Virus record (IMG/VR): IMGVR_UViG_3300028901_000316
Length of the DNA: 64,000 bases
Source of the DNA: a virus
Reading direction: 5' to 3' (one strand)
Shown: piece after piece, positions 53,130 to 62,793 of the stretch
Layout of the letters: each line of letters starts with the position of its first letter
How positions within the stretch are numbered: the first letter of the stretch is position 1
Position numbers and translations under genes: made by a program
Notes under the pieces: model-generated
Databases searched by the model: none
Told to the model about the DNA's origin: nothing
The model's input: only the letters and a program-made list of their open reading frames with translations

Positions 53130-55093
53130 TCGCCGTCCTCCAGCCAAAGCCACTTGACGGCCGCGACCTTGCCCTTCTCGGGGTACTTGATCAGCCCGAG
53201 CGAGCGCAGGTTGCTCAGCGTTTTCTCGTAGCCGCTGCTGCGGTCCGAGTACTCCGACTCAACCGCCAGTTGCTCGCGGGTGATCGGCTTGCCTTGCCGG
53301 TTCAGGAGGACGGCGAGCACTCGCCACATCGATTCGCTGGAGAGCACGTCACGAACGCGACGTTGAAGCTCTTCCGGGTGGACCGTTCCGTCTTGCGGCG
53401 ATACCGCGATGTCACATCCCTTCGGCGTGATCTCGACGCGCCCCGGATTGGGAAAGTCGATGAGTCCTGCACTCCGCAGATTGCTGAGCGTCTTTTCGTA
53501 TCCAGAGGACTTCGGCGAGTAGCCCGCGACGTACGCCACCATTTCGCGGAGCGTTTGGTTCCACGCGATGTCGTCCCACCAAAGCAGCGCATCGAGGACG
53601 CGGTCAGCGGCGCTGCGCTTCCCGCTTGCGGCCGAGGGGGTGGCCCGATTGCCACCCCCGCCGCCGCGCTGTTGCCCACAGACCGCACGAGACGCGCTGA
53701 CGAGGGAGCCGTTTTGCTCGTGCTGCTGCGGCTCCGCGCACACCTGGTCGGGCCGGGTTTCCCCGGCTGAGGGCGAGTGGTATTTCGTTTTTCCGACCTT
53801 CTTGCCCTTCGAAGGCGGGTAGTGATCCTCGGTGAACTTGAACTTCGGGACGCGCAGGTGATCTGGCACGCGGTCCGAGTCGCACGGGAATCGCTCTTGA
53901 ACGACTCGCTCCATCGCGCGCATGCCTGCCTCGCTCAGCTTCATCGCCTGCTGCCGGGCAGCCTCCACGAGCGGACGCTGCTCCTGGGCGACCTTGTCGA
54001 ACGAGTCGAATCCCCGACGCAGCACCTCGATGAACGCGCCGTATGCCTGGCGGACTTCTCGCTCGCCGTCGATCACATCCTGCATCTCGGCACGCTTGGC
54101 ATCCCAATCCCGATGATCGACCTCAGCCGCTGCCTTCCCCGCCGCCGCGAGCTTCTCTTCAAGCTCGCCAATCCGCTCGCGCAGCTTCGCGGGGTCGTTG
54201 GCTTCGGCCTCCGCGATCGCCTCGCCAAGTTGAGACTTGATCGCCTCGACGTCGATCGCGGCTGTGTGGACCCGATGGGCCGCGTCGCCGGCGGCGGGCG
54301 TCTTTGAGTTGTCGAACGTGTGGATCTTGCGGACGCTCTGGCGGCGAAGCACGCCGCGCTCCGGCGCGTAGAGCCAGCATTCGCCGGTCGCGAGCTTGGC
54401 GAGGCTCTCGGAGATCTGCTGCGTGACTTCCTTCGTGGCGGACGACTTGAGCCAGTCCAACACCGGCTTCTGATCAGCCGGGAAGACGAGGCGGTGCGCG
54501 ACCAATGCCTCGCACGAGCCCAACACGTCGTTGTGGAGTTTTTGCGTGCGCTGGCAGCTCACGACCAGCCGGATGCCCTTACTCCGTCCGGCGCGAGCCA
54601 GGCGGCTCGACCAGTGGACCCGCATCGACTCCTCGCCGTCGCCCGCCTTCTCCTTCGGGGCGAAGAAATCGGCTTCTTCGAGCACGAGATGCATCGGGCC
54701 CGAGTTGTGGCGGAACAACGCCTCGGCGAAGTCGGCATACCAGCGACCAGCCTCGTGAGCCTTCAGGTCCGACATGTCGATGATGACGTGCGGAAGCGTG
54801 CCCGCCCCCACCATGCGTCCGATCGCGGCGCCCGAGCTTGCGGGCAGCGGCAGATCCGCGCGGGGGCCGCCGACGATCACGAACGGCAGCCCGGCCGACT
54901 TACCGTCCGCGCTCGCCTTGAGGCCCCACCAATCGCTCTTGATCGGGTCGAGGATGCAGACGCGACGGCCAGCGGCGAACAGGTCTTCGACCATCACCTT
55001 CGCGGTATTGGTCTTGCCGCTGCCGGTCTTGCCCAGGACCGCGCTGTGAGTCTCGAACAGGGCAGGATCGAAGTTGACGATGTCAGCCTGCAT
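53126..55093 (-). CDS. HerA/FtsK-like ATPase (DUF87/DUF853 type) with tandem C-terminal winged-helix repeats
   Basis: AVLGKTGSGKT, CILDP, LVLEEAD, GRSKGI, SCQR; two SSGYEKTLSNLRSxGLI repeats. Confidence 0.88.
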   Translation of the reverse strand: MQADIVNFDPALFETHSAVLGKTGSGKTNTAKVMVEDLFAAGRRVCILDPIKSDWWGLKASADGKSAGLPFVIVGGPRADLPLPASSGAAIGRMVGAGTLPHVIIDMSDLKAHEAGRWYADFAEALFRHNSGPMHLVLEEADFFAPKEKAGDGEESMRVHWSSRLARAGRSKGIRLVVSCQRTQKLHNDVLGSCEALVAHRLVFPADQKPVLDWLKSSATKEVTQQISESLAKLATGECWLYAPERGVLRRQSVRKIHTFDNSKTPAAGDAAHRVHTAAIDVEAIKSQLGEAIAEAEANDPAKLRERIGELEEKLAAAGKAAAEVDHRDWDAKRAEMQDVIDGEREVRQAYGAFIEVLRRGFDSFDKVAQEQRPLVEAARQQAMKLSEAGMRAMERVVQERFPCDSDRVPDHLRVPKFKFTEDHYPPSKGKKVGKTKYHSPSAGETRPDQVCAEPQQHEQNGSLVSASRAVCGQQRGGGGGNRATPSAASGKRSAADRVLDALLWWDDIAWNQTLREMVAYVAGYSPKSSGYEKTLSNLRSAGLIDFPNPGRVEITPKGCDIAVSPQDGTVHPEELQRRVRDVLSSESMWRVLAVLLNRQGKPITREQLAVESEYSDRSSGYEKTLSNLRSLGLIKYPEKGKVAAVKWLWLEDGE

Positions 55094-56330
55094 GCGTTGC
55101 TCCTTGACGGCCCTCGCCGCGCTCGTCGCGCTCGGGCAGCCGCAATGTGTCGGTGGGGATCTCGATGTCGTGCCCGCAGCCCGCCGCGAGCGAACGCAAC
55201 ACGGCAAGTGAGCTGGCGTTGGGGTTGATGAGTTCGCGCGGAAGTTGGCCGTCGCGTTTCGCATCCCCGACCTTGGGCCAGGTCGTCCGCATCGCGTCCA
55301 AGACGGCGCGGCAGAATCGCCCGTAGACCGCGTCGTCGCGGTGGTGGTGCGCGAACGCGATCGCGGACCCGATGACGCGCTGACGCACCACGTCGATCGC
55401 GGCCTCTCTGGCTTCGTACTTGCGGAGCCACGGCCCGTATTGCGAGAGTTCGCCAGGGGGAAGCCGCAACAGCTTTTCCGCCCAGCAGTCCGGCCGATTC
55501 GGCTTCTGCTTCGCGGCCTGCTCCGCAATGAACCGCACCAGCGGGACCGTGACGTGCGGCAGGGCGGCGAGTTCAGCCGCGACCCGCGGCGAAGGACCAA
55601 TCGCCTCGATCTCGTCGGCGAGCTGGTTCCGACGCGTGGCGTTTATCGCCACCGTGGCGCGGGGGGTGGGTTCGTCGCCCTCGCGGGTCGGCTTGGCCTC
55701 AAACTCCGCCACACGGCGGACCGTCGGGGCCGCGGGCGTGGCTTTCGTCTTCCCGGTTTGGAACTCACCACCACCACCACCACGACCCCGGGCGTGTACG
55801 ACCGCGTCGGGTGGCACAGCGCAAGAGTCGTTTTGTGGTGGTGGTTGTTTTCTGAGTGAGTCTGGTGTTCTGGTCCACCCTTGGGCTGGACCATTATTTG
55901 ATGGAATTTGCACCCTAAGCGCGTCGGAATTGGACCCTTTCTGATCAATAAGGGTGCAGCCTTGGGGTGGACCATTACGGCGGGCCGATCGGGCTGTCGG
56001 TTGCGCTGTCGGTTGATCTCCAAAGAGGCCGGGCTCGACGCCCTCAAGCCATCCGACGTTGAGCGTGATTTGGTGGGTCGTGCCGCGACCTCCGCCGCCA
56101 CGCACGATCGAGACCGCGCCCGACCGCTCCAGCTCGTTTAGCCGCTTCATGGCCGTGTTGCGTGAGACGCCAAAGGCCTCTTGGAGTGAGGCCAGCGACG
56201 GGCTGAGCGAGAATGTGTCCCAATCCATCCACCCGACCATCGCGAGGAGCGCGTGGCGGAGCTTGGGCTCAAGCCGCGTGCAGCGGTTGATCGCCTGGAT
56301 CGCGCGTTGGGGACCGATGATGCGGCTCAT
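55083..56330 (-). CDS. Replication initiator with an N-terminal wHTH
   Basis: PSLASLQEAFGVSRNTAMKRLNELERSGAVSIVR; internal iteron-like linker. Confidence 0.75.
   Translation of the reverse strand: MSRIIGPQRAIQAINRCTRLEPKLRHALLAMVGWMDWDTFSLSPSLASLQEAFGVSRNTAMKRLNELERSGAVSIVRGGGGRGTTHQITLNVGWLEGVEPGLFGDQPTAQPTARSARRNGPPQGCTLIDQKGSNSDALRVQIPSNNGPAQGWTRTPDSLRKQPPPQNDSCAVPPDAVVHARGRGGGGGEFQTGKTKATPAAPTVRRVAEFEAKPTREGDEPTPRATVAINATRRNQLADEIEAIGPSPRVAAELAALPHVTVPLVRFIAEQAAKQKPNRPDCWAEKLLRLPPGELSQYGPWLRKYEAREAAIDVVRQRVIGSAIAFAHHHRDDAVYGRFCRAVLDAMRTTWPKVGDAKRDGQLPRELINPNASSLAVLRSLAAGCGHDIEIPTDTLRLPERDERGEGRQGATHAG
55871..55977. repeat. Iteron-like repeats, probable phage replication origin
   Basis: CCTTGGGCTGGACCATTA (55879-55896) and CCTTGGGGTGGACCATTA (55960-55977); TGCACCCT, TGGACCCT and inverted AGGGTGCA between them; locally AT-rich. 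Confidence 0.6.
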
Positions 56331-56746
56331 GCGGCCCTCCGCATCTTGGCGAGGATCACGGCCAGCATCTCGCCAGAGATCGAAAGCTCGTGCTTGCGAC
56401 GATCGAGTCGGCTGGCCTCGACCCAAGTTCTCGCTTCCGCGACCCAATGGGTCGTGTAGTCGTGGACGTAGCAAGGCGATAGCTGGAACAGATGCGACTT
56501 ACCCAATCTGTGCTCGGGCGGGATGACGATGCGATTTCGCATCGCCGACCAGCCGGACCGGCTGTCGCTCGAAGTCAGCGCGGTCCAGGCCCACACGCCG
56601 CTACCGACCTTCCACAGGCAAACGAACGGGTGCGGACCGGTGCATTCGCTGGGGCCGATCCGGGTCGCGCCCAACTGGATCAAGATCGCGGGGTCGATCA
56701 GCGACACGAGGCCAGGGCGGATGGCATGTGGCGAGACGATCCTCAT
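56327..56746 (-). CDS. Hypothetical protein, weak PemK/MazF-like pattern
   Basis: GPHPFVCLWKVGSGVWAWTALTS. Confidence 0.5.
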   Translation of the reverse strand: MRIVSPHAIRPGLVSLIDPAILIQLGATRIGPSECTGPHPFVCLWKVGSGVWAWTALTSSDSRSGWSAMRNRIVIPPEHRLGKSHLFQLSPCYVHDYTTHWVAEARTWVEASRLDRRKHELSISGEMLAVILAKMRRAA

Positions 56747-57105
56747 CGCGCCGCCCCCCTCGCGAAGAGTGGGCCGGCTTGGATCGTGGTGGGCGACGTT
56801 GGCGCCTGGGCGGACCGGCGGTCCTTCTCGGCCCTGAGCCACCGCAGCACGTTGGACGCGACCTTGCGCCAGCGTGTTTGCTCGACGTCGCCAAGTTGCC
56901 AGAAGCCGAGCTTGCCGTAGAGGTCGATTTCATCGGCACGCTCGGGCATGAAGAACGTTTCGGCCGCCACAGCCGCGACGGCTTCGACAATCTCTGGATT
57001 GAGGTCTGCCTGACCTGCCACGCGATTCCTTTCAACGCACTCGATTCGAATGGACCTCGCCGCGTTTCCGCGGCAGGGCCCAGAGGAGAGAGAGAACACG
57101 ATCAA
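56743..57105 (-). CDS. Hypothetical protein
   Basis: Overlapping start/stop on both sides. Confidence 0.5.
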   Translation of the reverse strand: MIVFSLSSGPCRGNAARSIRIECVERNRVAGQADLNPEIVEAVAAVAAETFFMPERADEIDLYGKLGFWQLGDVEQTRWRKVASNVLRWLRAEKDRRSAQAPTSPTTIQAGPLFARGAAR

Positions 57106-58304
57106 CTGGTCTTGGAACGAGTTCCGGGCTTGGGCGGGACCGCGCTCGTTCGCGGCTTGGCGTCGTCGGCCTCAGCCACCTTGGGCGCGCCCTTGAACTC
57201 ACCCGGCTGCGGATACGGCTTGCCGCCTCCTTCCGCTTCCACGATCGCGAGCGCGGCAGACTCGCGTGCGCTCGCTTCCGCCTTCTCGCGGGTCTGCCCA
57301 CTCGCCATCCGGTCCGGCATTTCCTTGGTCCAAGCCACGAATCCGCCGGCCTCGTTGTCGGGTTGCGAGAACGGCGTGTACTTCGCCGCGATCGCGCGAG
57401 CCCGAGCGAGCGGGTCGTTGGAGAAGGTCGCCTCGCCTGGCTTCGGGCCCGCGAGCTTCTTCTCTGCTTCCGCCGCGTCCTGCGCCGCCTTCGCCTCGTC
57501 GAACGCCTGCTTCTCCGCAGCGAGCGAATCGCGAGCGGCCTGCACCCGACGTTGCGCTTCCGATCCAACCTCGTCGCTGCGCCCGGAGGCGGATGGCCGT
57601 TCGTCCAAATCGACTCCCTCGTACTCCTCTTGGATCGCCACACCGAGCAAGACGTCCGGGAATACATCCCGCAGCGCCCAAGCCCGCGAGCGGAACTGGT
57701 ACATGCGCGATCGGTACTTCATCCAGGGGCCGGACTTCGTGAGCAGTCCAGCTCTCTCGGCCATGTCTTTGGTGAAGTGACGGACGATCGGTTCGGAATC
57801 CTCGACGCGCTGAACCGTGCAGATCCACGTCCCATCTGGCTGCGGTTCTTCGCGGAACATCTTCAGCTTGCCGCTCTTGCGGACCAGCGCGAGCGGCATG
57901 TCGCCAAACAGGCCAGGCCGGCCATTGACAATGAGCATCGACGACATCGCTTGCGAGTCGTTGAGCCCGAGCGTGTAGCCAGCGCTGAGTATTCCAAAGA
58001 GGTCTGCGATTGGAAGCGGCTTGTCCTTTTCATCGCCTTGCCGCGGCCCAAGGCCCGAGTTGTGATACGCAGTCGCGATGCGCCAGATGCCGTCCATGTC
58101 TTTGGGCATCAGCGACCCGCCCTCAAGCGGGACCGGCGCACGCTCGACGCGCTGCTTGTTGAGCAACGCGGCAAGCTCGTCCGCACCGACGAGCGCCTGC
58201 GGCTTCGCTTCTACCGGCTTCTGCGCCGGCCGATCGGTTGTTTGGTCAGTCTCGGAATCTCGCACGAGCGAGATATCGCTCCGATTTCCGTTCAACGTCG
58301 TCAT
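57102..58304 (-). CDS. RecT-like single-strand annealing protein
   Basis: ILSAGYTLGL..SQAMSSMLIVNGRPGLFGDMPLALVRKSG...FTKDMAERAGL...PWMKYRSRMYQFRSRAWALRDVFPDVLLG. Confidence 0.88.
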   Translation of the reverse strand: MTTLNGNRSDISLVRDSETDQTTDRPAQKPVEAKPQALVGADELAALLNKQRVERAPVPLEGGSLMPKDMDGIWRIATAYHNSGLGPRQGDEKDKPLPIADLFGILSAGYTLGLNDSQAMSSMLIVNGRPGLFGDMPLALVRKSGKLKMFREEPQPDGTWICTVQRVEDSEPIVRHFTKDMAERAGLLTKSGPWMKYRSRMYQFRSRAWALRDVFPDVLLGVAIQEEYEGVDLDERPSASGRSDEVGSEAQRRVQAARDSLAAEKQAFDEAKAAQDAAEAEKKLAGPKPGEATFSNDPLARARAIAAKYTPFSQPDNEAGGFVAWTKEMPDRMASGQTREKAEASARESAALAIVEAEGGGKPYPQPGEFKGAPKVAEADDAKPRTSAVPPKPGTRSKTS

Positions 58305-58392
58305 ACTCGGCTCCCTTCATGTTCTGCGCCACGCGGCGCGGGTTCGTCACATCACGGCCAACATCAATCGAGAAGGCAAGCGTCGCGAGCGA

Positions 58393-59265
58393 TCACGCGC
58401 CAATGCCCAGCAACGCGTTCTCTCGCCACTTGGGGATGTCGATGACAGACAACGCTCGCGAATAGCCAGGCCACTTGCCCGACTTGACGCAGTCGGCGTA
58501 CTTCTTGATCGCGAGTTCGTACGAAGCGATCGCGGTCGCCTTCCAGTCGTCGCTCGGCTCATGCACCATCAGCTCGTGCGAGCCGTTGGTCTCGACCGCG
58601 ATCCAGCGGAACGGAAGCGGCACAGATCCCAGCGCGTTCAGCCCATCGCGATACATCGCGTACTGGATGTCGTACGCGTACGTTTCCACCGAGCGAGCGA
58701 ACGCCTCGGGCCGCGCGTCATCGCATGTCTTGACGTCGGCCCAGCAGTCGCCCGTCTTGGCGATGTCAACGCGGGCCTTGCAGAGAACGCCATGCCGCTC
58801 CCAGATGAGCGTCAGTTCGGTCAGACGCTTCGAACTACCGCGTTGAGTTCGTGCGAAGTCGATGATCGGGCCCGCGATCGGGTGGGCCGCAACCTTCTCC
58901 ATGATCTTGACGCAGTGTGCTGTGTCTTCCGGATCGACCACCATCTTGCCAGGATTCGCAGCGACAAACTCGGCGTAGGCCTTGGTTTCAACGCCATACG
59001 GCTTGTTCGTCGTCTTGTTGATCGGGGGGTCGATCGTGTCCTTGAGCCGGTCTGGCTCCAACAGAACCGTGTGGACCAGACGACCAAACGCCTTGGCCTT
59101 CGAGTCCTTGTCGGCCTCGTCGAGCGATGCCAGGACGTGCGCCATGCTGCGCGTCGCACGCTTGAGCCGCGACGAGTTGATCGCCGGGATGCGCTTGTAG
59201 TCATCGAACGGGATGTTGTGATAGATGCCGGGCTTGCTGGGAATGAACGGTTCGGACATGGTCAT
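58393..59265 (-). CDS. RecE/ExoVIII-like PD-(D/E)xK exonuclease (DUF3799)
   Basis: GIYHNIPFDDY...INSSRLK...AFGRLVHTVLLEP...CKARVD...ADVKTC...YDIQYAMY. Confidence 0.88.
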   Translation of the reverse strand: MTMSEPFIPSKPGIYHNIPFDDYKRIPAINSSRLKRATRSMAHVLASLDEADKDSKAKAFGRLVHTVLLEPDRLKDTIDPPINKTTNKPYGVETKAYAEFVAANPGKMVVDPEDTAHCVKIMEKVAAHPIAGPIIDFARTQRGSSKRLTELTLIWERHGVLCKARVDIAKTGDCWADVKTCDDARPEAFARSVETYAYDIQYAMYRDGLNALGSVPLPFRWIAVETNGSHELMVHEPSDDWKATAIASYELAIKKYADCVKSGKWPGYSRALSVIDIPKWRENALLGIGA

Positions 59266-59504
59266 GCTCCTTGCTTTGCGATTCGCCGACGCAGCGACTC
59301 GCGAGATTTGCGGTACTTCTTCGGGACGGCGCATTCGGGGAGGCACGGCGGGCAGACCCATCCGCGATGCGGCAGGTTCTTCCAACCGGCTGCTGTCGCC
59401 ACTTCCTTGGTCTTGGCGAGTGTGCCCTCGGCCATGTCAGTGGCCTTCTGGCAGTTGCCGCACACCATCAGGAATCGACGCTCGATATAGCCGCGATTGC
59501 TCAC
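59262..59504 (-). CDS. Small Zn-ribbon protein
   Basis: CGNC...GWVCPPC. Confidence 0.6.
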   Translation of the reverse strand: MSNRGYIERRFLMVCGNCQKATDMAEGTLAKTKEVATAAGWKNLPHRGWVCPPCLPECAVPKKYRKSRESLRRRIAKQGA

Positions 59505-60211
59505 GCGCCACCGCCTGTCGGAACACGGCGGAGCGAGGCCTCGGGAATCAGTTCACCCGTTGATCCGTCGGCATTTACCGAGTAGATGCGGGAAGGCCAC
59601 TGAACATACGGACGCCCCTGACGTTGATTGTGAATCAGATTTGTGTAGACGCGAACACGCCCGCCGTCTTCAAACGTCACATCCACCACGAAGTCGTCTA
59701 GGGTCGCGCCCGAGCAGGTGTGCGCTGCGATCGATCCGCGCGGCGAAAGCTTCTTCGTGAGCTTGTCCACCATCGCCGAAATGTGGCGGTCAGCCATCTT
59801 GACCGCTACAGATGAAAGGTCTTTACGTCGAGCGGCGTACCCAAAGCACTCGATCCACCACCGGCGACGCCAGATATGCTCGCGCGAGCTCGTGTCTCCC
59901 TTGCAATCACGAGTCGCAAGCGTGTATGGCGACACAAATCGTCGACACTCCTCACAGGCCTCCTCCACCGTGGTCCCAGCCAACCAGCCGGGACCAAACC
60001 ACCTCGGCGTGTTCCACCGACGCGCACCAACGCTTTGATCGCCAGGCGTGGAACTCACGGCCGTCCGAATCTCAGCGTCAACTTCGCGGAGGACTTGGTC
60101 ATGGCGATCAACCATCTGACGCAGTGCAGCCAACTGCCTCGCTGCGATTGCATCCCGCATGGGTTTCAGCGCAGCCTTGATCTGCGATAGAGCGCGCGAT
60201 GGTTTGCTCAT
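59501..60211 (-). CDS. Hypothetical protein
   Basis: ATGA overlap; C-terminal YVQWPSR. Confidence 0.6.
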   Translation of the reverse strand: MSKPSRALSQIKAALKPMRDAIAARQLAALRQMVDRHDQVLREVDAEIRTAVSSTPGDQSVGARRWNTPRWFGPGWLAGTTVEEACEECRRFVSPYTLATRDCKGDTSSREHIWRRRWWIECFGYAARRKDLSSVAVKMADRHISAMVDKLTKKLSPRGSIAAHTCSGATLDDFVVDVTFEDGGRVRVYTNLIHNQRQGRPYVQWPSRIYSVNADGSTGELIPEASLRRVPTGGGA

Positions 60212-60678
60212 GCACCACCGCCTGGAATGGTGGCGAGTGCCTTCTGCGCGATCTCGCGATAGGTGTCGCGAAGCTCTGTCGCGTCTGATGACATACACGC
60301 CCCGGTACATGGCATGCATCCGCAGTCCGGACCCCTCGCAATATCGCGGAGAGCGTCGACGAGCGCTTTGTCGCAGTTGCTCGTTTGCGGCGATCCGGAC
60401 GACTCCGACTCGACTCGCAGCATCTCGTCAGCTTGCAAAATCGCATCACGAGCCATGCGGCGCTGATACGTGGTGACCATCGAATATCGCTTCGTCGCGG
60501 TCGGCAAAATGATGCTGCGACCAACCCAACTCCAGTCGCCACCCTCTTTGCCCCATTCGCCATTCGGATCCTCGACAAAGTCCTCGTCTTTGAGCGCGGG
60601 CACGTAGCCCTCTTCGCCATATGACGCCGCGATCATCGCGCACAAGACTCGCTCGGCCAGCTCGTCGCGACGGCTCAT
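60208..60678 (-). CDS. Hypothetical protein
   Basis: ATGA overlaps on both sides. Confidence 0.55.
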   Translation of the reverse strand: MSRRDELAERVLCAMIAASYGEEGYVPALKDEDFVEDPNGEWGKEGGDWSWVGRSIILPTATKRYSMVTTYQRRMARDAILQADEMLRVESESSGSPQTSNCDKALVDALRDIARGPDCGCMPCTGACMSSDATELRDTYREIAQKALATIPGGGA

Positions 60679-61958
60679 GCCCCACCCCCGACCTTCGCGG
60701 TCTCGCTGGGTGCGACCGACACGACCTCGCCGTCCTCGATCACGATCCCGATTCCATCCGCCGGATCGGCCACGCGCTCCACCCACACCTGGGCGTCGTA
60801 CTTGTGCGCGATCTCGGCCAGCTCGTCGAGCGCATCCTCGTCGAGAAGCGACCCATCGCGGATCAACATCACCTTGAGTTCATGGTTCTGCGCCAGCCCG
60901 AGCATGGCCGACACCCGAATCTTCTCGCTCGCGCTGGCCTGCTCGAACGGAACTCCGTTGAGCGTGAGGCCGTCGTCGGTGAACCGCAGGCCCTTGACCG
61001 GCAGATTGGTCGCGGCAATCCGCTGCTCGCGCTTCTCGGCGATGCGCTCGATCCGACGATCCTGCTCGCGCCACTTCGTGGTCGCGGCCTCGAGTTCGGC
61101 GACCAACTGCCGGCGGGCATTGCGGGTGCGGGCTCGCTGGTTCCGCTCCTCAAGCGTGTCGAGTTCGCTCTGGATCGCGGCCGTGTCGATGTCGTTCAGC
61201 GCGTCGATGTCCGCCGCCTCTTGGGCGATCGCCGCTCGCGTTTCGGCGAGCGACGCGCGGAACTGTTCAAGCTCGCGCTCAAGCTCGGCGATCTTCGCCA
61301 CCTGCTGCGCTTCGTTGTCGCGTAGATTCTTCAGCCAGTAGCGGAGTTCGGCGTTGTGGGCGTTCTTCTCGCCCGCCGCCTTGAAGCGAGCCAGGATCTC
61401 ACTTGCGCTCGTCTCGGCGTCTGGACCGTCGACCTCCGGAATGGCGGCCAAGCGTGACGTGAGGCTGTCCTTGTCGCGGCCGTACTCGCGCCGCAACTTC
61501 TCGGCCTCCTCGCGCTCTTTCGCGAGCGCGGCGAACTCCTCCTCAAGACCGCAGACACGCATGAGCGCGGCCACTTGGTCCTTGGACTGCATCCGCACGA
61601 ACTCAAGCGGATCGAAGGAAAGCAGCCCGCACAAGCGGTTCAGCGTGGCTTGCGGGCTCTTGATGTCAGATCCGTCCTTGGCGCGGACCGTGAGCGATCC
61701 ACCGCCGTTCGGCGTGAAGGTGCGCTTCACCGTGATGTCGCCCAGGTCGATCTCGACCTCGCCCTTCTTCGCGCCCTTCCGCAGCGGCTCGGGCGGCATC
61801 AGCTTGCCGCCGCCAATCGCCGCCTGGATCGCGTCCAGAACGCTCGACTTGCCCTGGGCGTTCCGGCCCGAGATCTCCACCAGCTCACCCTTGGGCGTGA
61901 TGTGGACGGCGCGCAGCCGCTTGAAGTTGTCGGCACTCAAACTCAGGATCTTGCTCAT
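60675..61958 (-). CDS. SMC/SbcC-like AAA ATPase with coiled coil
   Basis: NFKRL...ISGRNAQGKSSVLDAI...coiled coil...ASASEKIRVS...LIRDGSLLD. Confidence 0.88.
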   Translation of the reverse strand: MSKILSLSADNFKRLRAVHITPKGELVEISGRNAQGKSSVLDAIQAAIGGGKLMPPEPLRKGAKKGEVEIDLGDITVKRTFTPNGGGSLTVRAKDGSDIKSPQATLNRLCGLLSFDPLEFVRMQSKDQVAALMRVCGLEEEFAALAKEREEAEKLRREYGRDKDSLTSRLAAIPEVDGPDAETSASEILARFKAAGEKNAHNAELRYWLKNLRDNEAQQVAKIAELERELEQFRASLAETRAAIAQEAADIDALNDIDTAAIQSELDTLEERNQRARTRNARRQLVAELEAATTKWREQDRRIERIAEKREQRIAATNLPVKGLRFTDDGLTLNGVPFEQASASEKIRVSAMLGLAQNHELKVMLIRDGSLLDEDALDELAEIAHKYDAQVWVERVADPADGIGIVIEDGEVVSVAPSETAKVGGGA

Positions 61959-62031
61959 CTGTTCGGCTCCTTTGTCCGCAGCCACAACGGCCTCGGTCCC
62001 GCACCCTCCGTGGAGGGCGGGGTCGAGGTCG

Positions 62032-62241
62032 TCAGGCGTGTTCCGCCGCCGCCTTCTCGTCCGCGTCGTCGATGCTCTTGAAGTGACCTTCAAGCTCCTC
62101 GCGCAGACCCGGCTGCAAAGCGATCGCTGCTGCGAGCGATGAGGGGTCGACGTCGTCGATCTCGATCGCGCAGCCCGGCTTGGTCTGCTCGTTCTTCACG
62201 ATGTTGGCGTCCTTGGCCTTGATCACGATGCGGTTTGCCAT
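62032..62241 (-). CDS. Hypothetical protein (69 aa)
   Basis: ACAAGGAG RBS. Confidence 0.6.
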   Translation of the reverse strand: MANRIVIKAKDANIVKNEQTKPGCAIEIDDVDPSSLAAAIALQPGLREELEGHFKSIDDADEKAAAEHA

Positions 62242-62322
62242 GCTGAATCTCCTTGTCCGGTTGCCACAACGGCTCCGGCTCTCCCGGCCGCGCCACCAAC
62301 GCGACCGGTCGAGCGGGGGTCG

Positions 62323-62793
62323 TCAGTTCGCCAGGGCGTTCCACTTCCGCGTGAGCCACGCGACGAATCGACTCCACCTCGTTGGGTTGGGCGCGGCCTT
62401 CTGGGCTCGCTCGGTCTTGCAGCGTTCGCAGTTGCACTGCTTCGTGTCGGCGAGCGGTGCCGACGTCACATCGTGAACGAACAACGCGTTCGCCTTCACG
62501 ACTTCGAACTCGCGCACATCCGCGATCGCGCTCGCGACAATCCGGCGGCCATCGGGCAACAGCCTGTGGAGCAGCAAGACGGCGCGCGGATACGAAACCG
62601 AAGAGACTTCGATCAACACATCGCGCCACGCGGCGTTCTCGGCCGTTCCGTCTTCGGCCATGCCGGGCACCACCTGGGCCACAAGTCCGGGACCGACCCG
62701 CACGCGCTCTTTGTCACCGAGCCAACGCACCAAGAGGAGGAAGTCGCCCGTCTGCAGATCGCCATTCACTTTGTCCATCAGATCCGCCGTCAT
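62323..62793 (-). CDS. Hypothetical protein
   Basis: ACAAGGAG RBS; CNCERC. Confidence 0.6.
   Translation of the reverse strand: MTADLMDKVNGDLQTGDFLLLVRWLGDKERVRVGPGLVAQVVPGMAEDGTAENAAWRDVLIEVSSVSYPRAVLLLHRLLPDGRRIVASAIADVREFEVVKANALFVHDVTSAPLADTKQCNCERCKTERAQKAAPNPTRWSRFVAWLTRKWNALAN

Noticed and set aside
53126-55093. HerA-based anti-phage system (Nezha, HerA-DUF4297) or conjugative VirB4/TraG
   Set aside because: No Sir2, NurA, DUF4297 or T4SS neighbours; it lies in the replication operon
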